Below the pieces are notes generated by a model. That model worked only from the letters and a program-made list of their open reading frames with translations. It did not search any database and had not been told where the DNA came from. This document shows, in pieces, positions 32,326 to 43,839 of a DNA stretch of 64,000 nt. Position numbers and translations under genes: made by a program. The DNA is taken from positions 1 through 64,000 of the forward strand of contig OZ025663.1 in the NCBI GenBank assembly GCA_964019335.1. The letters are read 5' to 3'. Source of the stretch: Diplonema japonicum (taxonomy: Eukaryota > Protista > Euglenozoa: Diplonemea). Position 1 is the first letter of the stretch, and each line of letters begins with the position of its first letter.

Positions 32326-33062
32326 CTAGCTACACCCCTTGTAGGTGGGTCCGCCGCAGAAGATCATCGATATAATAACGATGAACACGATAATAGCAAC
32401 AGCGAGTGCTATCTTGGTCTTGACGTTCTGCCACCACAGCTTCTTTCTTGCAGATCTGGCCGACCTCCTGAAGCCATCAGCAACCTCCTCGAACTCCTCA
32501 CTCCTCTCTACGATGGTCGATATCTTCTCGCCCCTCTCGATCACCTTATCGATGTTTGTTGCCATTACCCCCTTCACCTCTTCCAGCGCTCCTTTGATCT
32601 CCTTTATCTTCTGTGACCCTTCATCCGGAGACGAATGTTTTTCCATGAGCTCAGTTAGCTGCTCGCGGAAGTGGGTGCACATCGACGACGTGAGGGTGTG
32701 TGCTGGCTCTATATACATCTTCAAAAACTGCTTCTTCACTTCGTCCATGAACTGGTAGGCGGTCTGTATAATTGTATTGTTTGACTTTCATGTATACCTT
32801 TCTGTGTATGCTGTCATCAGTTGCCACCACCACCACAATGTTGTCATCGGAAGAGTAATGCATGTGTCTGTCACCAACTTCAAACGAATTTCTCTTGTTG
32901 ACCATTCCCTGTGCTTTATCTAGCACCTCAGAAAGCTGCTTCAAGTCAAATGACGGTGTAGCCTGTGTAAGCTGCGTTGTGCAATGTTCATACTTTGTCG
33001 ACGGCTGTGCATAACACCGTACCATCGTTGACTCTCCCCACCAAAGACCCCAGAATAGGCAT
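32326..33062 (-). CDS. VAMP7: Longin R-SNARE (VAMP7-like), 2 introns
   Basis: MPILGSLVGRVNDGTVL longin start, NIDKVIERGEK R-SNARE, LWWQNVK plus TM. Introns at 32963-32993 and 32764-32797. Confidence 0.92.
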
Positions 33063-33126
33063 GTGTCAGACCCTGTAAGTGATTTTGGACGTAGTATGCT
33101 GCGGCAGGAGAATAAAGATGGTTTTG

Positions 33127-36100
33127 TCAGTTGTAAAGGTTACGTGCTTTCACTTTGTCTGACAAGGAGAACACACGCGTGACCTTCCACGTCGGCGCGC
33201 TGTGCGATTGGTAGGTACCACCCTTCCCGACGCTCGTGCATTCACGGTGAGATAAGGTCGCCTTCACGAAGGCTGTGCTGAACGAACGGAACGCAGTGGA
33301 GTACTCCTTCCAGTCACGCTCTGTGAATGGGATGAGGTTGTTATTTGCAACACCGTCGGCGTTGTGGGTCTCGGGGACGATGGTACCCTTGAAGATGCAG
33401 AGGAGCAGCTTTTGAACCAGTAGTGTGGTGGAGAAGGGTTTCTTCGCAAAGTACTCCGTCAACACCCTCCCCCTGGCATCGGCATGGTCGCCAGAACCGG
33501 ATATCAGCTTTTTCAACACTGTGCTTCCCATTTCGTTGACACCTGAATCGGGGAAGAGAAGCTCTGTCAAGCATTTCAGGTTGAACGTGATCGGCACCCT
33601 TTGTGCCCACCCGTCTTCGAACATGCACTTCAGGGTCATGCCTTCTAGATCCACCTCCGCCTTGTCCTGCAGAAGGGGTAGGGGGACGCCCTCTTTGATT
33701 GTTGCCTATAATATGCTCAAGTTCGTGTTTTTAGCATACTGTTTTCCCCATTGTGACAATTTCCCACGGTAGTGTGAGGTGCCCGAAGACGTGCATCTGT
33801 ATTTGTCAGCCCTTTTATGCTGCATACCACTGACTCAGAGGGCGCTTTCATGACATGGATGCTCTGCACAGGTGTTGGCACTGACAGTACCGGCGTTATT
33901 ACTGGTGCTGGAGAAGGAGCAGGAGAAGGGACAGTAGCGGGCATAGGAGTATACGTCGAGGGTGCCGAGCTGGTACCTCTCGGTGGGGAATTCGAGCGAT
34001 GAGATGTTTGGGGCTGGAAGGCCTGCGGCTTGTTGTTCGATGGCGGACTAAAAAACAATGCTTTGTTGGGGTTGCTCTTGGGTGTGAAGGGTACAGGACC
34101 CACCGATGCACGCTGTGGCGTCAAAGTGCTGTTGGTATTGTGCACGTATGGAATAGATGGTACCGGGGACAATGGGGTGCTGCTGACACGTGCACGCAGG
34201 GTGGCCCTCAAATTCTTGTTTTTATAAAGCTCTTGTATCTCGCTATTAGATGCTGCCACAGATAAATGTTGCAAGTGCTTAGGTGGGTTTGCAACGTTAC
34301 TCCTTACACAAGCCTTCTCGTCAGCCATTACATGACACACACATATGTTTACATTGTCATGTGTAACAATGTGTTGCTTTCCGATATAGGTTAGGTCAGT
34401 GATGCCTACCATTGCTCCTTCCGTGAGGACTCCTAGATTGATTTCTTTGTTCCTGGCGGTGTTTTGCGTCTCCACTTTGAGGAGGAGATTGCCCATTGTT
34501 GCATCCGCCAGATACATCGCATGTCTTTGCACATGTGTCTTGTCCAGACGGTTGTAGGCTGCAGCGTCTGTGGAGATGACCACACCAGCAAAGTCGAATG
34601 TCTCCTTGTCCTTCAAAAGGGTGGGCATGTCCTTCAGCTTCACTGCTACCCTCTTCTGGAACACATGATTCGGCACCTTGCTAACCACGCGAGTATGGCA
34701 CCTGCCTCCAGACCCTGTTAGCACCATGGGAGCATATCCCATTCTGTTCTGCATCTTTGCAGGCACACAGTTCGCGAGCACTACGGTGTACCCCTCTTGC
34801 AGCGTGTCGGTCAGTGCTTGTGGGGGGTTGTAAAGCCTCAGGATACATGTCACTTGCGATGATAACGAGTCGCTGACTAACACTTCGCACCGTGACTGAA
34901 GTTCACGTGGCTGCGTTTCTGGCAATGTTCCAAGCTTTTCACTATACCGTGCTTCGTACTCCTGCCTATAGTTCTCCATCTCCTCCTTCGTTGCTTCTTC
35001 GTGTATGCCAAGATGCTCCTTCTCGAGCTGCATCTCGATTTGGGCCCTCATTTTGGCAACTTCTTCCTCATTCTTCTTCCTCCACTGTTCAGCAGCTATG
35101 CTCTCCGCCACAAGTGAACGCGTGATGTACTTCTTATCTTTCGTGTTCTTGTCATAGATGGTCTCTGTCACCGTGGAAGGGTAACACCTCTGCACCACCA
35201 CAGCTATGTTGGGGACCAGCCCCCCCTCGGGGTGGATGTTGGCCAGTCGCGTGGACAGCTGCGTGTCTGGTTTGATTAAACCAAGACACGTGTCCTCTTG
35301 TGCAGGTCTTGTCGAGTTAAATGAGATATGCAGCAAGACCTCCCCTTTGGCTATTCCCTCTAATGGCGGTACTGGGTGCTCCAGCAGTAAGTTGGGTGAA
35401 TACACAACTACTTTGGTACCTGCTGTCAGCACTTTGAGGTTGACTCTCTCCTGTAGCAGTTTGTCGATGCTCACCTTCGCTGTGTACCAGCCATCCGTCA
35501 CCTCCAATACGTTGTCCTTATTAGTCCTCCCTAGAACCTTCAAGCACAGCCCTCTACCTGCTGGGGTCATGTCCTTGTTGTACAATTTGTAGAGTGTGCT
35601 CCTTGTCCCGAGCACGTACTCTTTGTTATACCGATAGACCAGCTGCGACAAAACAACTTCAGGACACAAATATTTCTCCAGGCCAGTGGGGGGTGTGTAT
35701 TTGTGATCCATATGCGACAGCTTGATGCAGATTAGCCTCAGATGGTTGGACACCCATTCCAGGGTTGTGTATTCCTGATTCGTCCCAAGCTTGTTGAGCA
35801 GGTAGTGGTACTGGAAGGGACCAAGCACCGGCAATGTTACGCCCACGCTTAACAAGTACTCCAAGAAATACGGTGCTACGACAGGCAAAGAGACATCGTC
35901 ACCTGAAAAGGGAAAGCAGATGTCGTCAGTGCATCGCGTGGTGCGTCGTGGGTGCTCTTCCGACTTGTGGAGTGGGTCTTTTTTTGGAAAGCATGGCGGC
36001 AACTCGAGCAGCTTCAGTTTCGCTTCTACACTAGGCTTGTTTCTATTGCTTGCCAGAGGGGTCGCAGGGGTGTTAATTTGTCCTTGATGCAGAGTCTCCT

Positions 36101-37022
36101 CTTGGCTGTCTCGCTTTCGTGGTGCACGGAAAGCTCTTTTTGGAAACTTCACACCGCTGCTAGGTGATCTACCTGTTGCTTGTGGTTTGTGCAATTGTCG
36201 CTTAGGCCTCTGTATAACGGCAGGAGGCGTCTGTTCTGTCTCTTCCGTCTCTTTATGCTCTGGGCTTGGTGGTTTCTTCTTGTCTTCTACGGGTAGTTCC
36301 TTCTCCTGAGAATCGTAACTATTGATCTTCTCTTGTGCTTTACGGAGAGCTGCCTTACTAACTTCAACACGTTTGCCTGAACCCGTTGTAAGTATGCCAA
36401 GTGCTTGCGGTGGCTCTTGAAACTCGCTGCTCGCCTCTACCTTCGTCGCAGGTTCCTTGGCGCCAGCTGGTTCACCTTCAGCACTCTCATAATTCTCCAG
36501 TTTCTGTTGTGCCTTTTTAAGTGCCGATTTGCTGACGTTGATCCTTTTGCCAGAACCAGAAGTAAGAAAACCGGGCGCGGGAAGAATGTCATTTTCATCA
36601 GTGGTTGCTTTTTTGGCTTCATCATCCTCTTTCGAATAGCCTGCAATCTTGTCTTGCGCTTTTCGTAATGCTGCTTTGCTCACGCTCACACTCTTACCTG
36701 AACCGGTGGTGAGGAAGCCGCCTGGTGTGTTCTGAAGCGCGCTGTAGTCTTCTTCTTGGAAACCAAGCCTCTTACGCATCGGGGGGGTGGCTCCTCTTGT
36801 CTTTGTGCAGGAGGCAGGCAATATTGAAGGTGTTGTTTCCTCTCCTTCATCATCGCTCCTTTTCGCTTTCACGATCTCGGTCGCTTCTGTGTCGTCCGTG
36901 TCCTCGCTGTCGTGCTCGGAAATCGTGGGGCTCAGCTTCCTAGCTTTGCTGGGCTTCTCGTTCTTCTTAGAGTTCGCGTCACGGGATTCCCACTCTTCCC
37001 GCGTTATCTTGACACGGCCCAT
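33127..37022 (-). CDS. BRCA2: BRCA2 homologue, 2 introns
   Basis: Three BRC-like repeats, helical domain (WVSNHLRLI..K; QLVYRYNKEY..G.RS), OB1 (LEVTDGWY; ISFNSTRPA) and tower/OB2 (VVVQRCYP). Introns at 33797-33827 and 33706-33739 join ORF 33127-33654 in frame. Confidence 0.92.
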
Positions 37023-37120
37023 GATCCTGCGGTGCATGCACACAGAACAGCAAAAAAAAAGAAAATACAATAACAATCCTAATCTAAAGAATAATCTACT
37101 AAAATAACTCTACTGCCTTT

Positions 37121-38620
37121 CTACATATCGTACCTCTTAGTGAAGCTCTTCCGCACATTCTGTGGGTAGTGCAGGGGGTGCCCCCGCAGGTCGCTGCGAT
37201 AGCCCTCTTCCTCATCGGCGTATATCCTGTGCCGGTTGGAGAGGGGAGTTAGGTCGCTCACTTCCTGGTCGTCAGAATCATTATAGTTGGGTGATGTGAA
37301 ATGTTTCTGCCTCTGCGTGCGGTTGTTAGGTGTGATTGGGCCACCGTAGTATCTATCCTGATAGTCATTAGAGTCCATCGTGCTTGCCATGTCGATCACC
37401 GGCTGCACTGGTTGATGTTGGATACCGTGCTTGTGCACCTCCGGACTGTCAATGCGATCAGGGATATACGAGAAGTCCCTTATTGCTAGCTCATGGTGCG
37501 TGTGCATATGAGCAGGTCCCTGGGGGTAGTGATACAGTTCCTGTGGTCCCACTGGTCGTATGTCCTCTTGGTACTGTTCCTGTGTTCGTAGTCGCATGTC
37601 CTCTTGCGCTTGAGGCGGCATAGTCTCAGTTCCAGTAGAAGCGCTTACCACGGTACCCCCTCCAGCACTCACACCTCGCTCTTCAGTGCTGACGCTTCTC
37701 CTTTCCGGACGCTTCTCTTTCTGCGGCGTCGTTTGTATTGCAACAGTTTCGTTCTTTGCGGGCATTTCACTTGACGGCTCAGGCGTTTTTTTAGGGTGTT
37801 CCACTTGCGACTGCTTTGCTTGAGGTGCTTGTGGTTGTGTTGGTTCGGAATGTTGCTGTTGCTGTTGCGGGACCGGAACCTTTGTTTTACAGACCACAGC
37901 TGGTGGGCTCACCTGTGGCTGTTTTATTATCTTTACTGAGGGAGTCTTAGTTTTCCTCCGTTTGTCCTTTTCCTTCGCTTCCACAGCTTGATGAGCAGCA
38001 GGTGGGGTGGGAACTGGCGCAGGCGATGGAGGGAGTGATGTATCTGTGCTTGAGTGCATGTGTAGCGATGGGTTCACGCTGCTTTCCTGCGAGGGTGACA
38101 GGTTGGGCAAGGGGTTAGGTACGGGCTGCTCCGTGCTTTGTTTCTTCGAGTTGAACGAAATGAACAGCAGCGCAAGCCACAGCAGTGCCAGCAGCGCCAG
38201 GGCAAGGACAACTATGAGCACGATCCCGGCCGGCTCCTTCAGTACGTGGCACTCAGGCATTGTGCTGCATGTGATGCCATCGACACTGCTCATGCACACC
38301 AGTGGAACATCACCTGTGATCTGTAGCCTTTGGCGCAACAGTGTGCTGGTACCTAAACTATCGACAAGTCTCTGAGTCATGAGGATGGCCGATTCTGTGC
38401 TACTCCCGAGGCACTTCACCCTAATAACTATGTTGTTGGTGTCCCGCACCACGCTGAGGATGTCCAATTGCGACGCATTGACGGAGAGGTGGTCGCCCAA
38501 GGAGCTTCTGATGTCTGCCACGTTCACATCATTGCTGTCTATCTTGCTCCTGTACAAAACCGTGTCTTCATAGCCCAGAACGAGCACTGAGCACAAAAGC
38601 AACACCGCAACGCCAAGCAT
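37121..38620 (-). CDS. Type I membrane protein with a Pro/Gln-rich cytoplasmic tail
   Basis: Signal peptide MLGVAVLLLCSVLVLG, a single TM helix and a low-complexity tail. Confidence 0.75.
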   Translation of the reverse strand: MLGVAVLLLCSVLVLGYEDTVLYRSKIDSNDVNVADIRSSLGDHLSVNASQLDILSVVRDTNNIVIRVKCLGSSTESAILMTQRLVDSLGTSTLLRQRLQITGDVPLVCMSSVDGITCSTMPECHVLKEPAGIVLIVVLALALLALLWLALLFISFNSKKQSTEQPVPNPLPNLSPSQESSVNPSLHMHSSTDTSLPPSPAPVPTPPAAHQAVEAKEKDKRRKTKTPSVKIIKQPQVSPPAVVCKTKVPVPQQQQQHSEPTQPQAPQAKQSQVEHPKKTPEPSSEMPAKNETVAIQTTPQKEKRPERRSVSTEERGVSAGGGTVVSASTGTETMPPQAQEDMRLRTQEQYQEDIRPVGPQELYHYPQGPAHMHTHHELAIRDFSYIPDRIDSPEVHKHGIQHQPVQPVIDMASTMDSNDYQDRYYGGPITPNNRTQRQKHFTSPNYNDSDDQEVSDLTPLSNRHRIYADEEEGYRSDLRGHPLHYPQNVRKSFTKRYDM

Positions 38621-38940
38621 GTTCGGTCCTGCAGAAGGGTGATATGGCAGACCGCCGAGAGACAAATGAGAACTATTACAGAACACTCCGTGCGATGTGA
38701 TAAGCTCCGGGAGCTCATCGTACAAAGCAGTGTTACGCTTAACAGCCGAAATAATAATTCACTGGGTATGGGTGTCACACAACATCCACCGTATTAATAT
38801 TTGCTGGGCAAGGCAACGTTTGATAACCACTGGCGACTTACGTGGTGATAATATAACTTGCACACAAGAAGGGGGATACAAAAAAGAAAAAACAGAAGAA
38901 AAGACAGGAAAGAAATAGATAGAACCGAGAGTAATCAGAT

Positions 38941-39714
38941 CTACTCTGTCTTGGCTCTCGGGCTAGCAGGCTTGACATAAGATTGCACGAAAAAGTTGCC
39001 GAAAAGCACAAGCATGGAAGACATGTAGACAAGCTGGAGAGCGTTGAGGAAGTCTGGCCAGCCACAGTGGTTCACAAGGGCGTAGGCGGACTGCGCAAAG
39101 ATGAGCATGAACTGTGTCAGCTGGAGAGACGTGAGAAGTGCCTTCCATGGGGCAGAGACACCAAAAGTAGTCACAAAGTAGTGAGAGTACATCAAAACGT
39201 GAACGAAAGAGTTCAGGAAAACAGCAAGGTATTCATCACCACCATTAGCGTAACTCAAGTACATCCACACAACTGCACTAATAGAAGCATGGTGGTACAC
39301 GTGCAGGAAGGTCACCTGGTTGAACTTCTTTCTGAGGCACATAATGATAGTGTCCGTGAACTCAAGGAACTTCGATAGGTAGAAAACGTACACAGCTTTC
39401 TTCATCAAAGGGTACTCCTTCTGTTCGGTGTTGTTGCAGACGGCATGGTAACCATCCAATGAGAGGTACCCTACAACAATCATGTACAACGAAGCAGCAC
39501 TCAACAGCACGCAAACCAAGTTGTACAGTGCTCTGAACCACTTCAAGTCCATCGGCTTGACGCCATCCCTGGACATCACAACCCTCAACACCAAGACGAG
39601 AACAAGGTAGGCCACGTTCATCCCTACCATCTCCTCAAACTTTGTCAAAGGTGCATCGAAGGTACTTGCCTTCGCAGCATTGAACGAATCAACTGTTGAC
39701 GTAAAATACTCCAT
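38941..39714 (-). CDS. ELO/GNS1-SUR4 fatty-acid elongase
   Basis: FYLSKFLEFTDT, FLHVYHH, NSFVHVLMYSHY and TSLQLTQF. Confidence 0.95.
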   Translation of the reverse strand: MEYFTSTVDSFNAAKASTFDAPLTKFEEMVGMNVAYLVLVLVLRVVMSRDGVKPMDLKWFRALYNLVCVLLSAASLYMIVVGYLSLDGYHAVCNNTEQKEYPLMKKAVYVFYLSKFLEFTDTIIMCLRKKFNQVTFLHVYHHASISAVVWMYLSYANGGDEYLAVFLNSFVHVLMYSHYFVTTFGVSAPWKALLTSLQLTQFMLIFAQSAYALVNHCGWPDFLNALQLVYMSSMLVLFGNFFVQSYVKPASPRAKTE

Positions 39715-39770
39715 TTTTATGACCTGTGCATGCAGTGGCGGGCAGTAATTACTTTTTTTTGTAACTAATA

Positions 39771-40895
39771 TTAACTTAGATTCTCTACTAACGTGTAAAT
39801 GATGTCCCGTACAGACTTATCTGTGGCCATCGCATAACTTGCGCCCAACATTATCTCGTTGTACTCGTGTTCAACATTTGTTCGGAAGAACATTCTAAAA
39901 TCACCGAATGTGGACCAGTGCAGCGGCCAGTGGGGTATGTGTGCGTCACACTCATTAAGATGCGTGGTGAGTTGCGTGGTCAGGACACGCGTGGGCTTCC
40001 CTGAGTAGATGCGTGTTATAACAGTGTGGGGTGGCAGCTTGCAGGAGAGGTGTTTCATGACAATGGTCTTAAATGGCCACGCAGACTCGTAGGACAGTAG
40101 AAAGGCTGTTCCCATCACAACACCGGAAGCTCCCAAGGACAGCACAGCGCTGATACTTTCGGGAGACACGATACCCCCAGCAGCAAGCACAGGGAGCTTG
40201 ACCCTGTTCCGTAACATAGGGATCAGTGACATCAGGCCTACTGCCTTGTCAGGGCTTGAGAGGAATGCGGGCGACATGCCGCCAGCTTCAATTCCGTTTG
40301 CAATCAACATGTTGATGCCCCACTCCTCTGCAAGAAGTGCTTCGTCTAGTGTTGTGACACCAGCCAATGTTTTTATGTTGCAAGCTGCCAGCTTTGATAA
40401 GACCCATTTAGGTGGCAAACCGCACGTGAAATAGATAAAGGTCACCTTGTGCTCACAGAGGACGTTGATCTGGCTAGTCCAGTCCGTCTTAACGGGAGTT
40501 TCATCTGTCAAGGGCTCTTTTTCACTCTCGTCCTCTCGTATGCCCAACTTGTCTCTGTAAGTTTGCAGGAGTTTTCGTATGACAGGCATTTTCCCGGCAC
40601 TACCCAAAGCAGGCTTTTCACTAGAAGCCAGTTGCACCACGCCCTCCATTCCGTCAGGGTCATAGACAATGATGTTGACTCCGAACGGCTTCTTAGTGAA
40701 CATCCTTATGTCCTCCAACAGGGTCTCAAGTCTTGCGGGTTCCATTGCGTAGCCTAGTGGGTAGCACCCGATGCCGCCCGCTTCACTGCAAGCTGCGACC
40801 ATTTCGACTGTCGTGGCACCCATCATCGGTCCTTGCATGATGGGATATCTAATACCCAGACGCGCTGCCACGCCTGTTTGATGCCATGTCTTCAT
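39771..40895 (-). CDS. Nitronate monooxygenase / FabK-like FMN TIM-barrel protein
   Basis: YPIMQGPMMG, KPFGVN, GIEAGG, PVLAAGGI and GASGVVMGTAFL. Confidence 0.88.
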   Translation of the reverse strand: MKTWHQTGVAARLGIRYPIMQGPMMGATTVEMVAACSEAGGIGCYPLGYAMEPARLETLLEDIRMFTKKPFGVNIIVYDPDGMEGVVQLASSEKPALGSAGKMPVIRKLLQTYRDKLGIREDESEKEPLTDETPVKTDWTSQINVLCEHKVTFIYFTCGLPPKWVLSKLAACNIKTLAGVTTLDEALLAEEWGINMLIANGIEAGGMSPAFLSSPDKAVGLMSLIPMLRNRVKLPVLAAGGIVSPESISAVLSLGASGVVMGTAFLLSYESAWPFKTIVMKHLSCKLPPHTVITRIYSGKPTRVLTTQLTTHLNECDAHIPHWPLHWSTFGDFRMFFRTNVEHEYNEIMLGASYAMATDKSVRDIIYTLVENLS

Positions 40896-40978
40896 TGCAC
40901 ACCTGAATTGGATGATTGCGGAATGGACATCAAATCTGATCATAAAAGAAATTTGACTGCTGGAAAGCAACGTCAGTA

Positions 40979-41587
40979 CTACGCTAAGCAAGAAAAAAGG
41001 TTATTCAATGTTGTGAATGTGCCGCTATTTGACAGCATCAAAGCGGCAAGCGCATCACTCTGTGGACACCACCAATCGATCGCTGCTGCGATTACCGCCT
41101 CTCGGGGTGCGCAGGTTTGGCGGTGGGGAAGATGTGATGTGTAAACTGAAAGCAGCGACTGCAAAGAAGCAGCACGCTGATGTTCAATCTGCTGACGGCG
41201 CACAGGTTCAACAACTGTGCAGCAGTTTGCAAGCCCCCTTCTAGCTAGCAGTAAGGAGTACTTTTCGTACTCCGCTGTGATGACATCACGCGCTGCTCGT
41301 TGTTCTTGGAACAGGACTGCCGCAGCTCTCGCACTGCGCATACGTACTGTCAAGGGATCACATCGCCGCACCCTGACACACAGTTCACCCCGTTCCCGCA
41401 CCTCACCCCGTTCCACTATACCTCGTGCCCGTATCTCAGAAATACCCCATTTCCACAACCTTTCATTCCAAATGTCGGTGCTGTGACTTTTTCTGATGTC
41501 AACCAACGGTGGCAGGAGCCCGTAGACTGCCTCGCTAATATCTTTAGTGTTTACCTGCTTCGTCCCCTTGGTAACGGGAAAGTACAT
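40979..41587 (-). CDS. Hypothetical protein
   Basis: ATG-initiated co-oriented ORF filling the gap, preceded by TACAG. Confidence 0.5.
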   Translation of the reverse strand: MYFPVTKGTKQVNTKDISEAVYGLLPPLVDIRKSHSTDIWNERLWKWGISEIRARGIVERGEVRERGELCVRVRRCDPLTVRMRSARAAAVLFQEQRAARDVITAEYEKYSLLLARRGLANCCTVVEPVRRQQIEHQRAASLQSLLSVYTSHLPHRQTCAPREAVIAAAIDWWCPQSDALAALMLSNSGTFTTLNNLFSCLA

Positions 41588-41633
41588 GTTGCTGTAAAGG
41601 GAGTAAGAACACTAGTAAGATAAATTCATTTTT

Positions 41634-42788
41634 TTACTGGACTGGTCTGTTCCAGTCACCAAACATATGACTGTACTTCGCGTAAAACTGACACCCACCC
41701 TTATGTTGGTAAAGGTAAAGGACCAAGTCGCGATACTCAATGCCTATCGCTTCAGAGCACGACACAACGAGTGATAGGGAGTAGGGTTCCTGGCCCAAAC
41801 CAATGTACTTATTCAAGAGGGTTTTTGCCATTTTTATGTCACCTGTTGCTGCGTAGACTTGAAACATAGCAGTCCAAGGTTGGTGTGCTTGCACGGGACT
41901 GGCGAGATACAACGCAAAAATTTCGTTTGCCCTTTTTAACCACAAGGACGCATCGGAGCGAGCTTTCCTGGCGCACAACCAGAGGAGTGAGGAGTAGGCT
42001 GCTGTGTTGTTGAGCTTTGCTCGCTTGAACAGGGCATAAGCAGCATCCCACATCCCACTCTTACAGATTGTGTCGAGCAGCTGCCTTCTCATTTTGGGAG
42101 TGATTACACTGCCTTCTCTTGTGAGCATGTCTAACACACTCTTGAACCCATTAACATTGCCTTGTTTCTGACATACAGAAAGGAGGCCTGAGAAGTGCAG
42201 CGGTCCTCGCTTCTGAACCTTGTCCGTATGCCGTTCCAGGAACCGGAGTGCCGGCCCTAGTGTGGTGTAGAGCTTTGCGAACACTGGGATACACTCATCT
42301 ATTTTCTTGACGTGATTCACTACGGCTTTCCAGATGTCCCTCTCATACACAACTAGATCGAACGTCCGCAACGCCCGCACCATCCCGTTCACTGTGATGT
42401 ACGTCAGGCCGCTTGTGTCTTTAATGGCACGGGTCTTTTGCAGCTCCATCACCATCAAAATATCTTTGTAGAGTTCTTTCGGGTGCACTGCACATTTCTC
42501 AATTCTTTCGTGTAACATGGCCACGAACAACCCATTGGCTGTTTTTTCGTAAGGGCTCTGCTTTGTGAATTCCAGTGCCTTGTACATGCACTGCGACCTT
42601 CCCAGGAGCTCCGCGACCGCAACGTGTGTATGCTCAGTTGTTACAAATGCTCCTGCACCTAGCCACTCGTAGCCTGTAAGGATGTTCCTTGCCCTTTCTT
42701 GCTTACAGTGGCTCTCAAACAGCCCCATCTTGTGAGCTCTGCGTAATACATGCGCAGCAAGTTTGTCACCCGAACGCCACGCATCCAT
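41634..42788 (-). CDS. Pentatricopeptide-repeat-like protein
   Basis: Degenerate PPR helices: LLDTICKSGMWDAAYALF, AYSSLL and WTAMFQVYAATGD. Confidence 0.75.
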   Translation of the reverse strand: MDAWRSGDKLAAHVLRRAHKMGLFESHCKQERARNILTGYEWLGAGAFVTTEHTHVAVAELLGRSQCMYKALEFTKQSPYEKTANGLFVAMLHERIEKCAVHPKELYKDILMVMELQKTRAIKDTSGLTYITVNGMVRALRTFDLVVYERDIWKAVVNHVKKIDECIPVFAKLYTTLGPALRFLERHTDKVQKRGPLHFSGLLSVCQKQGNVNGFKSVLDMLTREGSVITPKMRRQLLDTICKSGMWDAAYALFKRAKLNNTAAYSSLLWLCARKARSDASLWLKRANEIFALYLASPVQAHQPWTAMFQVYAATGDIKMAKTLLNKYIGLGQEPYSLSLVVSCSEAIGIEYRDLVLYLYQHKGGCQFYAKYSHMFGDWNRPVQ

Positions 42789-42901
42789 GTCATGTGCCTG
42801 TGTGTGGTGGCCACTGGTACAAAAAGTGGGGGTGTACACTAAACAAACACTGCATCATTAATCTCTGGCACGCGGTAAGCGAAAATAGACAAGCTTCCTT
42901 A

Positions 42902-43747
42902 CTAGACAAGCTTCTTCTGCACGAACAATCTCTTCATTTGGAATGTTTGTATGGCGGGCAGAGCAAAGCATATCAGCACCTGCAGTGTTGTGTATTGGTT
43001 ACCTTTGCGTACCTGGAAGAGCGATATGTACCACACAGCATCTGCCGTGGAGTCGGTGGTGCTCCTAAACTTGTTTTGTCTGTCTACAATGTAGCTGCCT
43101 TCTTCCTTGATCTGCAACATAAGTGCCTGCAACGCCTTCATATAGTTTGCGTAGATCTCCATCTCCTCTTTTGTAGTCTGCAGCACTTCATCCGAGTTCG
43201 CCTTCACATTTTTCACCGATAATGCCTTGTTGACATCTGTCGGCAGCTCCCACAAAGACTCCCTTGTGTTTGGGTTGTGGTAGAACTTCCTACCGCTAGC
43301 GGGGTCAGTGTGCTCTTGCCAGTCGCCCGTCCCCGTGGTGTGTGTTTCGATGTCCAAGGATAGCTTCATGGGTCCAGTCCCTTTGCCCACGAGGCAGACG
43401 CTGTGAGGCCCGTCAACACCCTGTGTCGTCACCTGTGTTGCTGAAGTGGTTCTATGTTCGTACCTGGTACGATCCAGACGTCCTCTTGATCATCTCAGAA
43501 TAGATGGTAACCCCCCTTGGTGTAATAACCTCGATCTGCACGGGGTTCTCCTCGATGCCACTTCCCGCCTGTGAATAGTGTCGTGTGCTTTTGTGCTTCA
43601 TACCTCATATGCGATGTGGACGATCGATCTCTGCGACACAAGCTCCTCAACGTAGCAGTGGTAGTGCCCTGGTGTAAGGAAGAAGTGAAAACTCTCTACT
43701 TGTGTCAGGAAACACAGCAGGAGGAACGCATTGGTGTGGAACCCCAT
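42902..43747 (-). CDS. p24/TMED (GOLD-domain) cargo receptor with an inserted WW domain, 3 introns
   Basis: Spliced product reads MGFHTNAFLLLCFLTQVES-FHFFLTPGHYHCYVEEL...GPHSVCL (GOLD), then WW, coiled coil, RQNKFRSTTDST, TM and KRLFVQKKLV. Introns at 43569-43603, 43433-43463 and 42980-43012. Confidence 0.88.
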
Positions 43748-43839
43748 GGTCCTGGCAGGTATTGTAAAGGTGCATTATGACAGTTGCATAACATAATAGA
43801 CAAGCTGGTAGTGTAAAGTGTTTGTGGTGTTGCGGCTGT

